64,000 nt of DNA from an uncultured delta proteobacterium (GTDB lineage Bacteria; Myxococcota_A; Polyangia; Polyangiales; Polyangiaceae). The position numbers were made by a program, and so were the translations under genes. A model generated the notes under the pieces. It was given only the letters and a program-made list of their open reading frames with translations. It made no database searches and had not been told where the DNA came from. This document shows, one piece after another, positions 9,280-22,453 of this stretch (positions are counted from its first letter, which is position 1; every line of letters begins with the position of its first letter). Where the stretch lies: contig CAWKKR010000001.1 of the NCBI GenBank assembly GCA_963850305.1, forward strand, positions 320,001 to 384,000, written 5' to 3'.

Positions 9280-11430
9280 TTGCTGACCGAATTGGCCGTC
9301 GTCCTCTGCTTGGATTTCCTGAGCGTCGCTCTGGCGGTGGCGCTCGCCCGCTGGACGCTCCGCCGCGGGACGCCCGGACCGGAATCGCGGCGGCTGGTCA
9401 ACGCCGCCACTCGTGCGTCGGAAGCGTTCCTGCTCCGGGAAGGAAAGTTGGCCGCCGTCGGCACCGCGCTCGCGGTGACCATGATTCTCGGTCTGCGCGG
9501 GGCGCTCCTGCTTCGCCACGTGAACACGCCGCTGTCGACGGCACTCTGGACGACATTCGCGGCTCTGCTCGGCGCGTCGCTGACGGTCCTCGTCGCGTAC
9601 CTCACCATGGCCGTCGGTCTTCGCGCGACGCTCAGGACGGTCCGGGCGGCGGAAGCCAGCCTCGATCAGGCCGCAGCGCTGTCGCTGCGAGCCGCGGGCG
9701 TCGCTGCGTTCTCCGCCGAGGCGCTGGGTGCTGGCGCGGTCGCGGGCTTGCTCGGGCTCGTTTATCTCGTAGGCGGAGGGGGAGCAGCGGCCTCCGTTGC
9801 CCGCGCCACGGTTCTCTTCGAGCGCGCGGCGACGGTTCTCCCGGGGCTCGCGCTCGGCAGCCTCGCGACCGCGGTCGTACTGGGTCTCGGGGGCTCCGCG
9901 TACCGCGTCACCGCATCGGCGCCGGCCGCGGAGGAGTTCGGCGTGGACGTCACCGATCCACGGAATCCGTCCATGGTGGCGAACCTGGTTGGCGACCACG
10001 TGGGGACCGGCGTGCGGCGCGCGGTCGATCTCTTTACGGCGGCCACGCTTGCCAACGTTGCCGGCGTCGTGCTGGGCGTCGCGGCATTCCGGATCAACGC
10101 CGGCGCATCGGGCAGTCACGCGTGGGCGCTGGTCACGCTCCCGCTCGTGGCTCGCTCGGTGGGCGTCGTCGGTTCGGCTTTCGGCCTCTTCACGGCCAAG
10201 GTCGAAGAAGCCGAGCGCGCCTCGCTCGCGCTCTGGCGCGGACTGCTCACCGCGACGATCCTGGCCATCGGCGGCATCGGCGGCGCCTCGTTCTGGCTCG
10301 TCGGCGGGACGGAGTGCCTCTGGGTCGGACTCGGGGGCGTGCTCGGCGTGCTGACGGCAGTTTGGGTCGGTCACACAGCGCGCCGAGGCGTTGACCGAAG
10401 ATCCGAGTCCGTACAAGGAGTACTGGATGCGTCGCGCGCCGGGCACGCGAGCGCCATCGCGCGCGGCGTCGCCGTGGGATGCCGCGGAACCTTGTTGCAG
10501 GTCGCGCTCGCGGCGCTGGCGCTCTGTGCGTCCTTCAACCTGGGCGAGCATTCCCACCTCCCCGGCGGCGGCCTCCTCGGTACGTCGATGGCCCTATCCG
10601 GCTTCCTGGCGCTGAGCCCATATCTGCTCGCTGTCGGCCTGTTCGGACCCATTGTCAGCGGCGTCATCGGTATCGCCGCCCTCGAACCCGACGCGAATCG
10701 TCCCGAGGTACGACGGCGCGCCGCGGTGCTGGAAGATGCTGGTTTCCAGGGGGGGCGGGTTGCCGAGTCGTTCTTCATCGCCCTCGGCGGCATGGCGGCA
10801 GTCGTCGCCGGACTCGGGATTCCACTTGCATCGGCATCTCCGGATGCGGTTCCGCTCAGCTTGGATCGGCCGCTGGTGATCTGGTCGGGCGCCCTCGGAA
10901 CGGCTCTGATCATCGCATTCGCCGGGCGGGCCCTCGAGATCGCAGCGCGCGGAGCGCGCGCCACCACAGCCGAGGTCGAGCGCCAGCTGCGCGCGTTTCC
11001 GCGCGAGGCTGGAGTCGCACAGATCCCGGAAGGTTACACTCCGAGCTACCGAGCGCTGATCGACATCGCAAGCCGAGCATCCGTGGACGGCCTTCTGGCC
11101 CCGGCGCTCCTCGGTCTGGTCGCGCCCGCCGTTCTTGGCTTCGGTCTGCGAGTGCTGTACATGTCGCCCGCTCTTGCCGTGGAGGGACTGACTGCGTTCG
11201 TCGCCATCGCCGCCGCGACCGGACTCGGCGCGGCGCTCGCGGCGGACGGGGCGAGCGCGGTTCTCGAGGTCACGTGCCGGGAGAATCGATCCGGTGGCAA
11301 TCCCTCGGCGCTCGCCGGCTACCAGATCGGCAGCTTCATCGGAGAGACGGGGCGACCCGCCGCGCAACTGTTCATCAAAACCTTCGCAGCCACGGCGCTC
11401 GTCATCGCGCCGATGCTGATCGCTTCCTGA
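9280..11430 (+). CDS. Divergent membrane-bound H+/Na+-translocating pyrophosphatase (HppA) homologue with degenerate catalytic motifs
   Basis: Many hydrophobic helices. Residual motifs DPRNP, VGDHVG, FGPI, EVERQLR, PSYRALIDI and C-terminal FIKTFAATALVIAP occur in HppA order. Start chosen at TTG 9280; the frame is open from 8947. Confidence 0.75.
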   Translation: MLTELAVVLCLDFLSVALAVALARWTLRRGTPGPESRRLVNAATRASEAFLLREGKLAAVGTALAVTMILGLRGALLLRHVNTPLSTALWTTFAALLGASLTVLVAYLTMAVGLRATLRTVRAAEASLDQAAALSLRAAGVAAFSAEALGAGAVAGLLGLVYLVGGGGAAASVARATVLFERAATVLPGLALGSLATAVVLGLGGSAYRVTASAPAAEEFGVDVTDPRNPSMVANLVGDHVGTGVRRAVDLFTAATLANVAGVVLGVAAFRINAGASGSHAWALVTLPLVARSVGVVGSAFGLFTAKVEEAERASLALWRGLLTATILAIGGIGGASFWLVGGTECLWVGLGGVLGVLTAVWVGHTARRGVDRRSESVQGVLDASRAGHASAIARGVAVGCRGTLLQVALAALALCASFNLGEHSHLPGGGLLGTSMALSGFLALSPYLLAVGLFGPIVSGVIGIAALEPDANRPEVRRRAAVLEDAGFQGGRVAESFFIALGGMAAVVAGLGIPLASASPDAVPLSLDRPLVIWSGALGTALIIAFAGRALEIAARGARATTAEVERQLRAFPREAGVAQIPEGYTPSYRALIDIASRASVDGLLAPALLGLVAPAVLGFGLRVLYMSPALAVEGLTAFVAIAAATGLGAALAADGASAVLEVTCRENRSGGNPSALAGYQIGSFIGETGRPAAQLFIKTFAATALVIAPMLIAS

Positions 11431-11453
11431 ATCATCAACCCCGAGGCTCCTGA

Positions 11454-14400
11454 TTGCCTTCGATAGCCGACGCACTCTCAACTCTCTCCGACCGTGGCTT
11501 GCGCCGCCTGCTGGGCGCTCGAACGTTCCTCCGCGGTCTCGACTACGAAAAGCGGCGCGTCGTCGAGAGCGTGACGATCGCCGATACGACGGCGACCGGG
11601 CGCGTCAAGGGCTCCGACGCCGACCCCTACGAAACGACCATCAAGCTCGGGGGCGAGGGCATCACGTCGAACTGCACTTGCCCGGCGTTCAAGAAGACGG
11701 GGCAGCACTGCAAGCATGTCGCGGCGCTTCTCATCACGGTCCGAAATCAGGCGAGAGCGCAGCTCCCGCGCCGCGAACCGCAAGCGCCCGCCCCTCCCCC
11801 GCCTTCGGCAGCCAACGCGGACAGCAAGGCGAGCCGTAGACGCGACAGACGTCGTCGGTCGCAGGTCCAGCAACTCGCTGCGCCGCCCGGCGTGGCCGTG
11901 CCCGCACCCGACGCAAGCGCGCGGCAAACGGGGATCGGCGCGTGGCTCGCGCCTGACGGCGCGCTCCGACGCCTGAGTCTCGAGTTTCGCATCCATGTGC
12001 GGCAAGGCGGCTTGACGGTCACCGTGCTCGACGTGGATCAGCGAATGCCGCTGCTCCCGAGCATCGCACTCACCTGGCAAGCGCTGGCTCCGACGGTCGA
12101 TCGTGACGCGCTCCGACTCCTGACGCGCTTCGAGAGCGGCAACCCGCGGCACCCTGCGGTGGACATCCGCGGCGAAGACGTCGCCGACCTCATGCCGATG
12201 CTCGCGGAGTCGCGGGTGCTCCTCGAGCCCGCGTTGATGCAGCTCCGCTTCGTGGATGAACCTCTGCGGCCGAAGTTCGAGCTCGAGATGGTCGGCAGCG
12301 ACACGATCGTCGCCAAGGCGACCTTCGAGCGCTCCGGGAACGGACGCCGTTTCCACCTGACGAGCGGCGGCTGGTACGAAGGCGCGCCGGGGTGGCACAT
12401 CGACACCAGCGAGGGCATCGCACGACCACTCGATCGCAAGGTGTCGCCCGCGGCTCTTCGTCGATTGGTCCGAAGCCCGGCGATCGCCGAACCCGCGTCG
12501 CAGCTCATCGCGATGATTGCGCAGACGTTGCCCAAGGTGGCCCTCGAGATCGGCGCCGACCTGCCCGATCTCTCGCAGGTCGCGGACGTCATCGATCTCG
12601 AGCCGAAGTTCCGGATGAGCGCGACGGGGTCGCTCGTCGACGTTCACGTGGCGCTCGAAGCCACCTACGGCGACACCGACGTCGAAGTCCGCGCCGACGG
12701 TATGTCCCCGCCGGTAATCATCTACCCACCCGAGGAAGGCCACAAGCGCGGCACCTGCATCCGGACGGACATCGTGGCCCAGCAGCAAGCCGTCCAGGAG
12801 ATCCTCGATCTCGGCCTGAAGCCGAGCGAAAGTGGGGAAGCATTCGTCGCGCAAGGAGACGTCGCACTGCGGTTCTGGGCCGAGGGTGTGGGCTCCCTTC
12901 CGGAGACCTGGGAGCTCTATGTGCCGGAGGACCTCGTCGGCGTTCAGGTGCGCGGCAAGCCCATCCAGATGAGCGCACGCGTCTCGAGCGGCATGGACTG
13001 GCTGAATGTGAAGATTTCCTGGGACAGCGAGGGCATCTCCGTCGACCGCACCGAGCTCGAGCGCTGCCTCATCACGGGACAGAAGTTCGTGAAGCTCTCG
13101 GACAATTCGTACGCCCCCCTCGACCACGCGCGCGTCAAGGCCCTCATGGATCGCGAGGTGGAAATCCTCGCAGCTTCCGGCAAGACCGGGAAACTCCCGC
13201 TCTCGCAAGCCGGGCGCGTTCAGGAACTGCTGCTGCAGGCCGACGCTTCGCACCTCAGCTCACAGACCAAGGAGCTCTTCGAGAAGCTCGCCAACATCTC
13301 GGAAATTGGCAAGGCGAAGAAGCCCCGCGCGCTGAAGGCGACCCTCCGCCCCTATCAGGAGCAGGGGCTCTCGTGGCTCAGGTTCATCCATGACATCGGC
13401 TCGGGCGGGGTCCTGGCCGACGACATGGGCCTCGGCAAGACCATCCAGACCCTCGCCCTCCTCCTCGGACTCAAGCAAGAAAAGGAAGACGTCAGGGCGC
13501 TCATCGTCGCGCCGACCAGCGTGGTGACGAACTGGATACGCGAGATCGAACGCTTCGCGCCCACGCTGACGACTGCGCTCTGGCACGGAGCGGGCCGCCG
13601 AGATCAAGCTGACGAGCTCGAGAGCGCGAACATCATCGTCACGAGCTACGCGCTCCTCCGCCGCGACATCGACCTGCTGAAGAAGCTGAAGCTCACGTAC
13701 GCCATTCTCGACGAGGCGCAGAACATCAAGAACCCGCTCAGCGCCACCGCCCAGGTTGCCAAGGAGCTGCGCGCCGACCACCGCCTCGCCCTGACCGGCA
13801 CGCCGATCGAAAACCGGCTCAGCGAGATCTGGTCGATCTTCGAGTTCGTGAGTCCGGGTCTGCTCGGCCCCTTGCCGAAGTTCGAGGAAAAATTCGCTCG
13901 CCCGATCGACCAGGGTGACTCGAAGCAAGCTGCGCGTCTCCGCGCCGTCATCCACCCCTTCATCCTGCGCCGCACGAAGATCGAAGTCGCGAAGGACCTC
14001 CCGCCCAAGATCGAGAGCGACAAGTTCATCGACCTGGCCCCCGAGCAGAAAGGCATCTACCTCCAGGTGCTCCGCGAAGTGCGCGCGCAGATCATGGGAG
14101 AGGTCGAGCGCGTGGGCGTCGCGAAGAGCCAGCTCCACATCCTCGCGGGCCTGACGAAGCTCCGCCAGGCCGCGTGCGACCCGCGGCTCCTCGGCATGAA
14201 TCGCGAATTTTCTCACGACGACAGCGGGAAGCTCGCCGCGCTCCGCGAGCTCGTCGAGGAGTGTCAGTCGAGCGGACACAAGGTGCTGATCTTCAGCCAG
14301 TTCGTGTCGATGTTGAAGCTCATCCGCGAGGCCCTCGACGAGGACAAGGTTCGCTACGAGTACCTCGACGGCAGCACGATGGACCGCGCCGAGCGCATCG

Positions 14401-14735
14401 AGCGCTTCCAGACCGATCCGACCATCCCGGTCTTCTTGATCAGCCTGAAGGCGGGCGGCTCGGGCTTGAATCTGACGGCAGCCGATACCGTCGTCCACTT
14501 CGATCCTTGGTGGAACCCCGCCGTCGAAGACCAGGCGTCCGATCGCGCGCATCGCATCGGGCAGAACCGCGTCGTCACCATTTACCGTCTCGTCGCCGCC
14601 GGCACGATCGAAGAAAAGATCCTCGAGCTCAAGCAGAAGAAGAAAGACCTCGTCGCGTCCGTCTTGAGCGAAGACGCGGGCGGCCAGAAGAAGCTGACTC
14701 GCGAAGACCTGGACGACCTCTTCAAGGTCGATTGA
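11454..14735 (+). CDS. SWIM zinc-finger SNF2-family helicase/ATPase
   Basis: CTCP...CKH SWIM motif, LADDMGLGKT, DEAQ, TGTPIENR, SLKAGGSGLNL, DPWWNPAVEDQASDRAHRIGQ. Confidence 0.95.
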   Translation: MPSIADALSTLSDRGLRRLLGARTFLRGLDYEKRRVVESVTIADTTATGRVKGSDADPYETTIKLGGEGITSNCTCPAFKKTGQHCKHVAALLITVRNQARAQLPRREPQAPAPPPPSAANADSKASRRRDRRRRSQVQQLAAPPGVAVPAPDASARQTGIGAWLAPDGALRRLSLEFRIHVRQGGLTVTVLDVDQRMPLLPSIALTWQALAPTVDRDALRLLTRFESGNPRHPAVDIRGEDVADLMPMLAESRVLLEPALMQLRFVDEPLRPKFELEMVGSDTIVAKATFERSGNGRRFHLTSGGWYEGAPGWHIDTSEGIARPLDRKVSPAALRRLVRSPAIAEPASQLIAMIAQTLPKVALEIGADLPDLSQVADVIDLEPKFRMSATGSLVDVHVALEATYGDTDVEVRADGMSPPVIIYPPEEGHKRGTCIRTDIVAQQQAVQEILDLGLKPSESGEAFVAQGDVALRFWAEGVGSLPETWELYVPEDLVGVQVRGKPIQMSARVSSGMDWLNVKISWDSEGISVDRTELERCLITGQKFVKLSDNSYAPLDHARVKALMDREVEILAASGKTGKLPLSQAGRVQELLLQADASHLSSQTKELFEKLANISEIGKAKKPRALKATLRPYQEQGLSWLRFIHDIGSGGVLADDMGLGKTIQTLALLLGLKQEKEDVRALIVAPTSVVTNWIREIERFAPTLTTALWHGAGRRDQADELESANIIVTSYALLRRDIDLLKKLKLTYAILDEAQNIKNPLSATAQVAKELRADHRLALTGTPIENRLSEIWSIFEFVSPGLLGPLPKFEEKFARPIDQGDSKQAARLRAVIHPFILRRTKIEVAKDLPPKIESDKFIDLAPEQKGIYLQVLREVRAQIMGEVERVGVAKSQLHILAGLTKLRQAACDPRLLGMNREFSHDDSGKLAALRELVEECQSSGHKVLIFSQFVSMLKLIREALDEDKVRYEYLDGSTMDRAERIERFQTDPTIPVFLISLKAGGSGLNLTAADTVVHFDPWWNPAVEDQASDRAHRIGQNRVVTIYRLVAAGTIEEKILELKQKKKDLVASVLSEDAGGQKKLTREDLDDLFKVD

Positions 14736-14765
14736 CGAGAGTGTCGCCCGCCTTCGCGTGACGCT

Positions 14766-17926
<3,161 letters not shown>

Positions 17927-17950
17927 GCTTCTTCGTTTCGCCTCTCGGCG

Positions 17951-19049
17951 CTACATCGATTCGACTGCGCCGTCGATCGCGCCGGTGGGAGGGGCGACGA
18001 CCACCTGCTCGCCCGCCTTCACCCCGTCGGCGACGGCAACCATCGTCGTCCACCTTCGGTCCGAGCTGGACGACGCGTTCTACGAGGTGGCCGTCCACGG
18101 CGACGAACACGCTGTCCTTGTCGTCCTGCGCCACCAGGGCCTTCACGGGCACGACCGGCAACGTCTCCGTCGCCGACGGGAAGCTGCGCCGTCACGAACA
18201 TGCCGGGCAAGAGGGCGTGATCCGGGTTGTCCGTCACGGCTTCGACCACGAGATCCCGCGTGGCTTCCCGGATCTCACCGCCGATGTATTTCACGGTGGC
18301 AATGAACGTCTTGCCCGGGAAGGCGACCGTCTCGAAAGTGACGACGAGCCCCGGGTGCACGCTTGCTCACGTTGGCCTCGGGAACGGTGAGCTCGAGCCG
18401 CAGCGGATCGTCGACGAGCAGGGTCACGACCCGCGTGTCGGGTGCACGTAGTCGCCGACGTGCACGAAGCGCTCGGCGATGACGCCGGCTGAAGGGCGCG
18501 CGGATGGAGGAATCGGTGAGCGTCTGCGTCGCCTGCGGCGGCGCGCACGCGGGCGGCCTCCTCGTTCGCGGCCTGCGTCTCGCAGCTCGTGGCTTGCTTG
18601 TCGTACTCCTGCTGCGTGATCGCGCCCTTGGCGAGAAGGCTCACGTAGCGCTGCGCAGTCGGCGCGGACGTTCTTGAGTTGCTCCGTCGCGCGCTGGTCA
18701 GCGTTGGCGTCGGCCTCGGCCCGCGAGAGCGCGGCGGAGCGCGCGTCGAGCTGCGCCAGGAGCGCCGCCTTGAGCGACGTGGTCGCCCCGCTCGACGAAC
18801 GTCTTCGACGACGCGGCCGGTGGCGTTGGCGGCGAGATCGGTGCGCTCGTTCGACGAGAGCACACCCGTCAGGCGGAGCAGCTTCGGCACCGTCTGCTCG
18901 GTGACGGGTACGCCGTCTGCACGTGGACCTTCGCGAGACGTACCGCCGCCTTCGGCGCGGCGCCGCCTGCGATCGTGCGAGCAGCCCGCGACCGCCAGAC
19001 CGAGCGCGAAGGCCCGCAACGCCCAGCGAGACCCGTCGCGTGTCTTCAC
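17951..19049 (-). CDS. RND periplasmic adaptor (membrane fusion protein), frameshifted
   Basis: Lipoprotein-like LAVAGC, LTGVLSSNERTDLAANATGRV, KGAITQQEYD, LLPGMFVTAQL, VPVKALV. Boundaries approximate. Confidence 0.8.
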
Positions 19050-20388
19050 TCGCCGTTCCTTCACGCGCACTCCCGCATCCAGGCGGAGGGCCGAAGCGGG
19101 CGTAGGCGAGGTCGGCGTCGGCCTGGATCCGGGCCACGTCGGCGGAGAAGGCATCCTGGCGCGCCTGCAGGACGTCGAGCTGGGTCGCGACTCCGCTCTC
19201 GTAGCGATCCTCGCGCGAGCGACGCGGCGAGCTTCGCCGCCGCGACCTGCGCGCGCGCGAGCTGCGCCGACTCGATGTCGGCGCGGACCTGCTGCCAGTC
19301 GCGGAACACGGCGTCCTCGGCGGCCCGGCGCGCCTGGTCCTCGTTCGCCGCGCGCGGCCGCGGCCGCGGCTTCTGCGCGCGAATCTGCGGGCGAACGGTC
19401 GTGTCGAGCTTCCAGCTCGCGGCGAGCTGAAGGAGGTAGACGGCGTATGGCCGCCGATGAACGCCGGTGGCGTTCGTGAACTTCTCTTCCGCCATGCCGT
19501 TGACGCGTCGGAAGCCAGCCGGTCTTGACGGCGCGCGCGCGCCTTCTCGGCGGTCACGCGGTTCGCCGACCGCGCTCTGCACCGACGGGGACTGCCGATC
19601 GTCTCGCCCATCCAGGCCTCGAGCGGCGCTTCCTCGTGAAGATCGTCCTCGGGAAAGTCGGTCGCCGGCTCGCGCCTCGAGCCCGGAGAGCGAGTAGAGA
19701 TCGCGCCGCGTGTTCGTGACGCCGAGCTGCGCGGCGGTCACGTTCTGCTCGCGCCTTCGCCTGATCCGCGAGGGCGCGCTGCACGTCGAGCTCGGAGCCG
19801 GTGCCGCTCTCCTTCCGGTCGCGGGCGAGCGCCACGTTGTGCTGCGCGACCTCGAGGTTCTGCGCGGCCGACTGCAGCACGGCCTCGTTGCCGAGCAGCG
19901 TGTAGTAGTCGCGGAGCACGTTCTTCTCCACGGCCAGGTTGCGCGTTCTCTTCGTCGGCGCGCGCCCCCGCGAGCGTCGACTTGCGGCGCGCCCGGCGAT
20001 CCCAGTTCGGCGACGTTGATGAGCGGCACGGTGAGGATCGACGTTCGCGTCGAGCTGGTTCAGAGGCTGGATGACGATCGTGCGGGACGTGCCCGGAGGG
20101 GTCGATGCCGCCCGACGAGCGCGGCGGTCGTCGACCTCGTACTGGTTCCTGCGTGTAGGTGCCCGTGCGCGGAGAGGTTCGGCAGCGAGACTGCCCGTCG
20201 AGATGCCCACCTCGGCGTCGCGCTGGGCGGCCGTCGCGTGCGCGGCGCGGTTCTGGGGGTTCCAGCGTCTTCGCGTGCTCGAGGAACTCGGTAACCGGCT
20301 GCAGGGCGAGCGCGGACCGCGCCGAGAACGACGAGGCGCCCAGGATGACGAGCGCGCCGAGTGCGCCGCGAAACGAGACGGGGCGCAC
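19050..20388 (-). CDS. TolC-family outer membrane factor, heavily frameshifted
   Basis: Signal peptide, then RDYYTLLGNEAVL, GSELDVQRA, RYESGVATQLDVLQARQD fragments; upstream of MFP and RND. Boundaries approximate. Confidence 0.75.
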
Positions 20389-20556
20389 GTCGCGCGACCT
20401 CGAAGAAGCTTCTCGCTGCACGCCGGGACGATTAACGCAAAGCGACTTTGCGTACAACAACCGCGGAGCGCTCGTGTTTTCGTCAAGAGACGTGGCCGCC
20501 TGGGCAATCCTCGTGTCTGCAAAGGCAATCTTCCGGACCTCGTCGGACGGGCCCCG

Positions 20557-20572
20557 TGGCATGTTCATTGCT
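20557..20572 (+). promoter_or_regulatory. Putative sigma54 (-24/-12) promoter
   Basis: TGGCATGTTCATTGCT matches TGGCAYR-N4-TTGCW, 30 nt before ATG 20603. Confidence 0.6.
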
Positions 20573-20602
20573 CTACAGAACAACCAGGAAAGCGGAGCAA
20601 TC

Positions 20603-20998
20603 ATGAAGACAGCCAAAAGCCGATCGAAGAAAACGAGCCCCGCTCGTGATCTGACGAAGCGCACCATCGAACACGAGGCGATCGGGGCTGCGGCAGGGGC
20701 TGCGGCGGGAGCCGTTGCCGGCGTGATGGCGGGGCCGCCCGGCATGGTCGCCGGAAGTATCGTCGGTGCCGCCGTGGGTGCGGCAGGCGCTTTCGCCCTG
20801 CAGCAAACCGATGAAGAGGAAGAAGCCAGGACGAAGAGCCTGGACGCGGCCATCGGCATCTCGGGAGGCGATCTCGGCGCTGAATGCCTGGAGCACCCCC
20901 CGGCCAAAGTTGGCGCCTACTCGGCAGCGGCTTCCGGTGTTTCGTCGACTGATGGGACCCCCGCGGAGGGTCCGTTTCAGGTGCCGGACGACAGCTGA
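20603..20998 (+). CDS. Small glycine-zipper-type hypothetical protein
   Basis: GGAG RBS; GAAAGAAAGAVAGVMAGPPGMVAGSIVGAAVGAAG segment. Confidence 0.7.
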   Translation: MKTAKSRSKKTSPARDLTKRTIEHEAIGAAAGAAAGAVAGVMAGPPGMVAGSIVGAAVGAAGAFALQQTDEEEEARTKSLDAAIGISGGDLGAECLEHPPAKVGAYSAAASGVSSTDGTPAEGPFQVPDDS

Positions 20999-21178
20999 GC
21001 AGCGCCTCACGCCGGGTTTCGAACGGGATCTCGACCGTAAATGCCTCACGCGTGCGGTTCGGGTGCCCCACACTCACGCGGTGAGGGGTCCCGCCACCGC
21101 TCACTGCATCGTCCCGGCAACGTTCCCATCGAAGGGGTCGAGCGAAGGGGTCGAGCCCGCGACCAGCGTCCCTGGCCG

Positions 21179-21322
21179 CTAAGCGTGCCGGCCTTGCGTC
21201 CCGTACGCCATGGCGAAAAAAACGACGAAGGCAACGGTCAACATGACGAGTTCCCCGACGACCTCGCCGTGACTGATGACGTGGTGGGGACCGACTCCCG
21301 CCAATGCAATCAGATGCGACAT
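21179..21322 (-). CDS. Putative 47-aa small membrane protein
   Basis: Manual translation MSHLIALAGVGPHHVISHGEVVGELVMLTVAFVVFFAMAYGTQGRHA, one hydrophobic helix, below the ORF-track cutoff; sigma54-like site directly upstream. Confidence 0.4.
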   Translation of the reverse strand: MSHLIALAGVGPHHVISHGEVVGELVMLTVAFVVFFAMAYGTQGRHA

Positions 21323-21334
21323 GCACCCCGTAAG

Positions 21335-21350
21335 AGCATGCTGCATGCCA
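21335..21350 (-). promoter_or_regulatory. Putative sigma54 (-24/-12) promoter
   Basis: Minus strand reads TGGCATGCAGCATGCT: GG-N10-GC spacing correct, one mismatch (ATGC instead of TTGC). Confidence 0.4.
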
Positions 21351-21373
21351 GGATGCTTCCCCGGCGCGGTAAA

Positions 21374-22321
21374 TCAGCCGACGGGGATCTTGGACTTGTT
21401 GTGCGACAGCCACTGCGCGAACGTCTGTAGCTCCGGATTCAGCTCGCGCGACAACGCGAGATCACGAGCCGCGCAGAACTCCTTCTCGAAGTCGCGCTTG
21501 TACTGGAACATGTTGCCGAGGTCGTCTGCTCCGGGGAAGCCGAAGGTACGGAAAATCTCCGGCGGGACGTACCGGTACGCGACGGGTTGCCCGAGCGCCT
21601 GGCTCAGGGCGGCCGCCATCTTCTCGCCCGTCAGATGTTCGCCCGCGATGCCCACCGTCTTCCCGATGAACGCCGCGCCGCGCTTGAAGACACCGTACGC
21701 GCACTTGCCGATGTCCTCGACCGCGATGCCCGGGAGCTTCTTGTCGGCCATGGGCAGTGTGAACGCCAGCTTGCCGTCCGGGCCCTTCGACGGGGCCATG
21801 CCCGGAGACAGCAAATTGTCCCAGTAGAACGACGTCAGCAGCATCGTCGTCGGCACTCCCGCCTCCACGAAGAAGCGGTTCGATTCGCCCTTCGCGTCGA
21901 AGTGCGGGACCTTGTACTTGTCCTTGAGGGTCGGCATCCGGGGGTCATCGAGTGGAACCCGAAGCCGGGTGTCCTCGAGCGTCGACCAGATGGCGTGCGA
22001 TACGGCTGCCCGCTTCGCTGCCTGAGCGAGCGCCTTCGCCTGGGCAAGCTCCTTGTCCGCCGAGGAGTGTTCCCAGAAGCTCGTCACGCAGAACGCGCCG
22101 TGAACGCCGGCAAAAGCCTTTGCCAGACTCGCCTCGTCGTCGAGATCCGCGGCGACCACCTCCACGCCGAGCTTCGCGAACGCGCGGGCCTTCTCGCCAT
22201 CTGGTTTTCGCGTGATGGCGCGGGGAATGAACTCTCCGTTAGCGTCGGCGAGGATCGCGCGGACGAGGCCACCTCCCTGTGCGCCAGTGGCTCCAACGAC
22301 GGCGATGATCTTCTTGCTCAT
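21374..22321 (-). CDS. NmrA/HSCARG family NAD(P)-binding protein
   Basis: VVGATGAQGGGL, VPHFDAKGE, GFPGADDLGNMF. Confidence 0.92.
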   Translation of the reverse strand: MSKKIIAVVGATGAQGGGLVRAILADANGEFIPRAITRKPDGEKARAFAKLGVEVVAADLDDEASLAKAFAGVHGAFCVTSFWEHSSADKELAQAKALAQAAKRAAVSHAIWSTLEDTRLRVPLDDPRMPTLKDKYKVPHFDAKGESNRFFVEAGVPTTMLLTSFYWDNLLSPGMAPSKGPDGKLAFTLPMADKKLPGIAVEDIGKCAYGVFKRGAAFIGKTVGIAGEHLTGEKMAAALSQALGQPVAYRYVPPEIFRTFGFPGADDLGNMFQYKRDFEKEFCAARDLALSRELNPELQTFAQWLSHNKSKIPVG

Positions 22322-22387
22322 GGGACTCTCCTTGTTCGAAGGGTGCGCAGCCTAGCACCCTCGATGCGCCCGGGGCACAGGGTCCCG

Positions 22388-22424
22388 GCCGTCGAGCGGC
22401 GGAGTTCGCCCGCCGCTCGACGGC
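22388..22424. terminator. Perfect 15-bp GC-rich hairpin, probable terminator or processing site
   Basis: GCCGTCGAGCGGCGG - AGTTCGC loop - CCGCCGCTCGACGGC, 30 nt after the stop of CDS 22454..23344. No long U-tract on the minus strand. Confidence 0.6.
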
Positions 22425-22453
22425 TTTCCGTACTCGCGTTCGTCCTCTCGCCG

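Noticed and set aside
11478..14552. Long antisense ORFs opposite SNF2, and similar ones opposite mrdA, pepP and PMM
   Set aside because: Expected shadow frames in high-GC3 DNA; no motifs and abnormal composition.
11454..14735. SNF2 as part of an anti-phage defence island
   Set aside because: Ordinary SWIM-SNF2 architecture with no adjacent methylase, nuclease or other defence gene.
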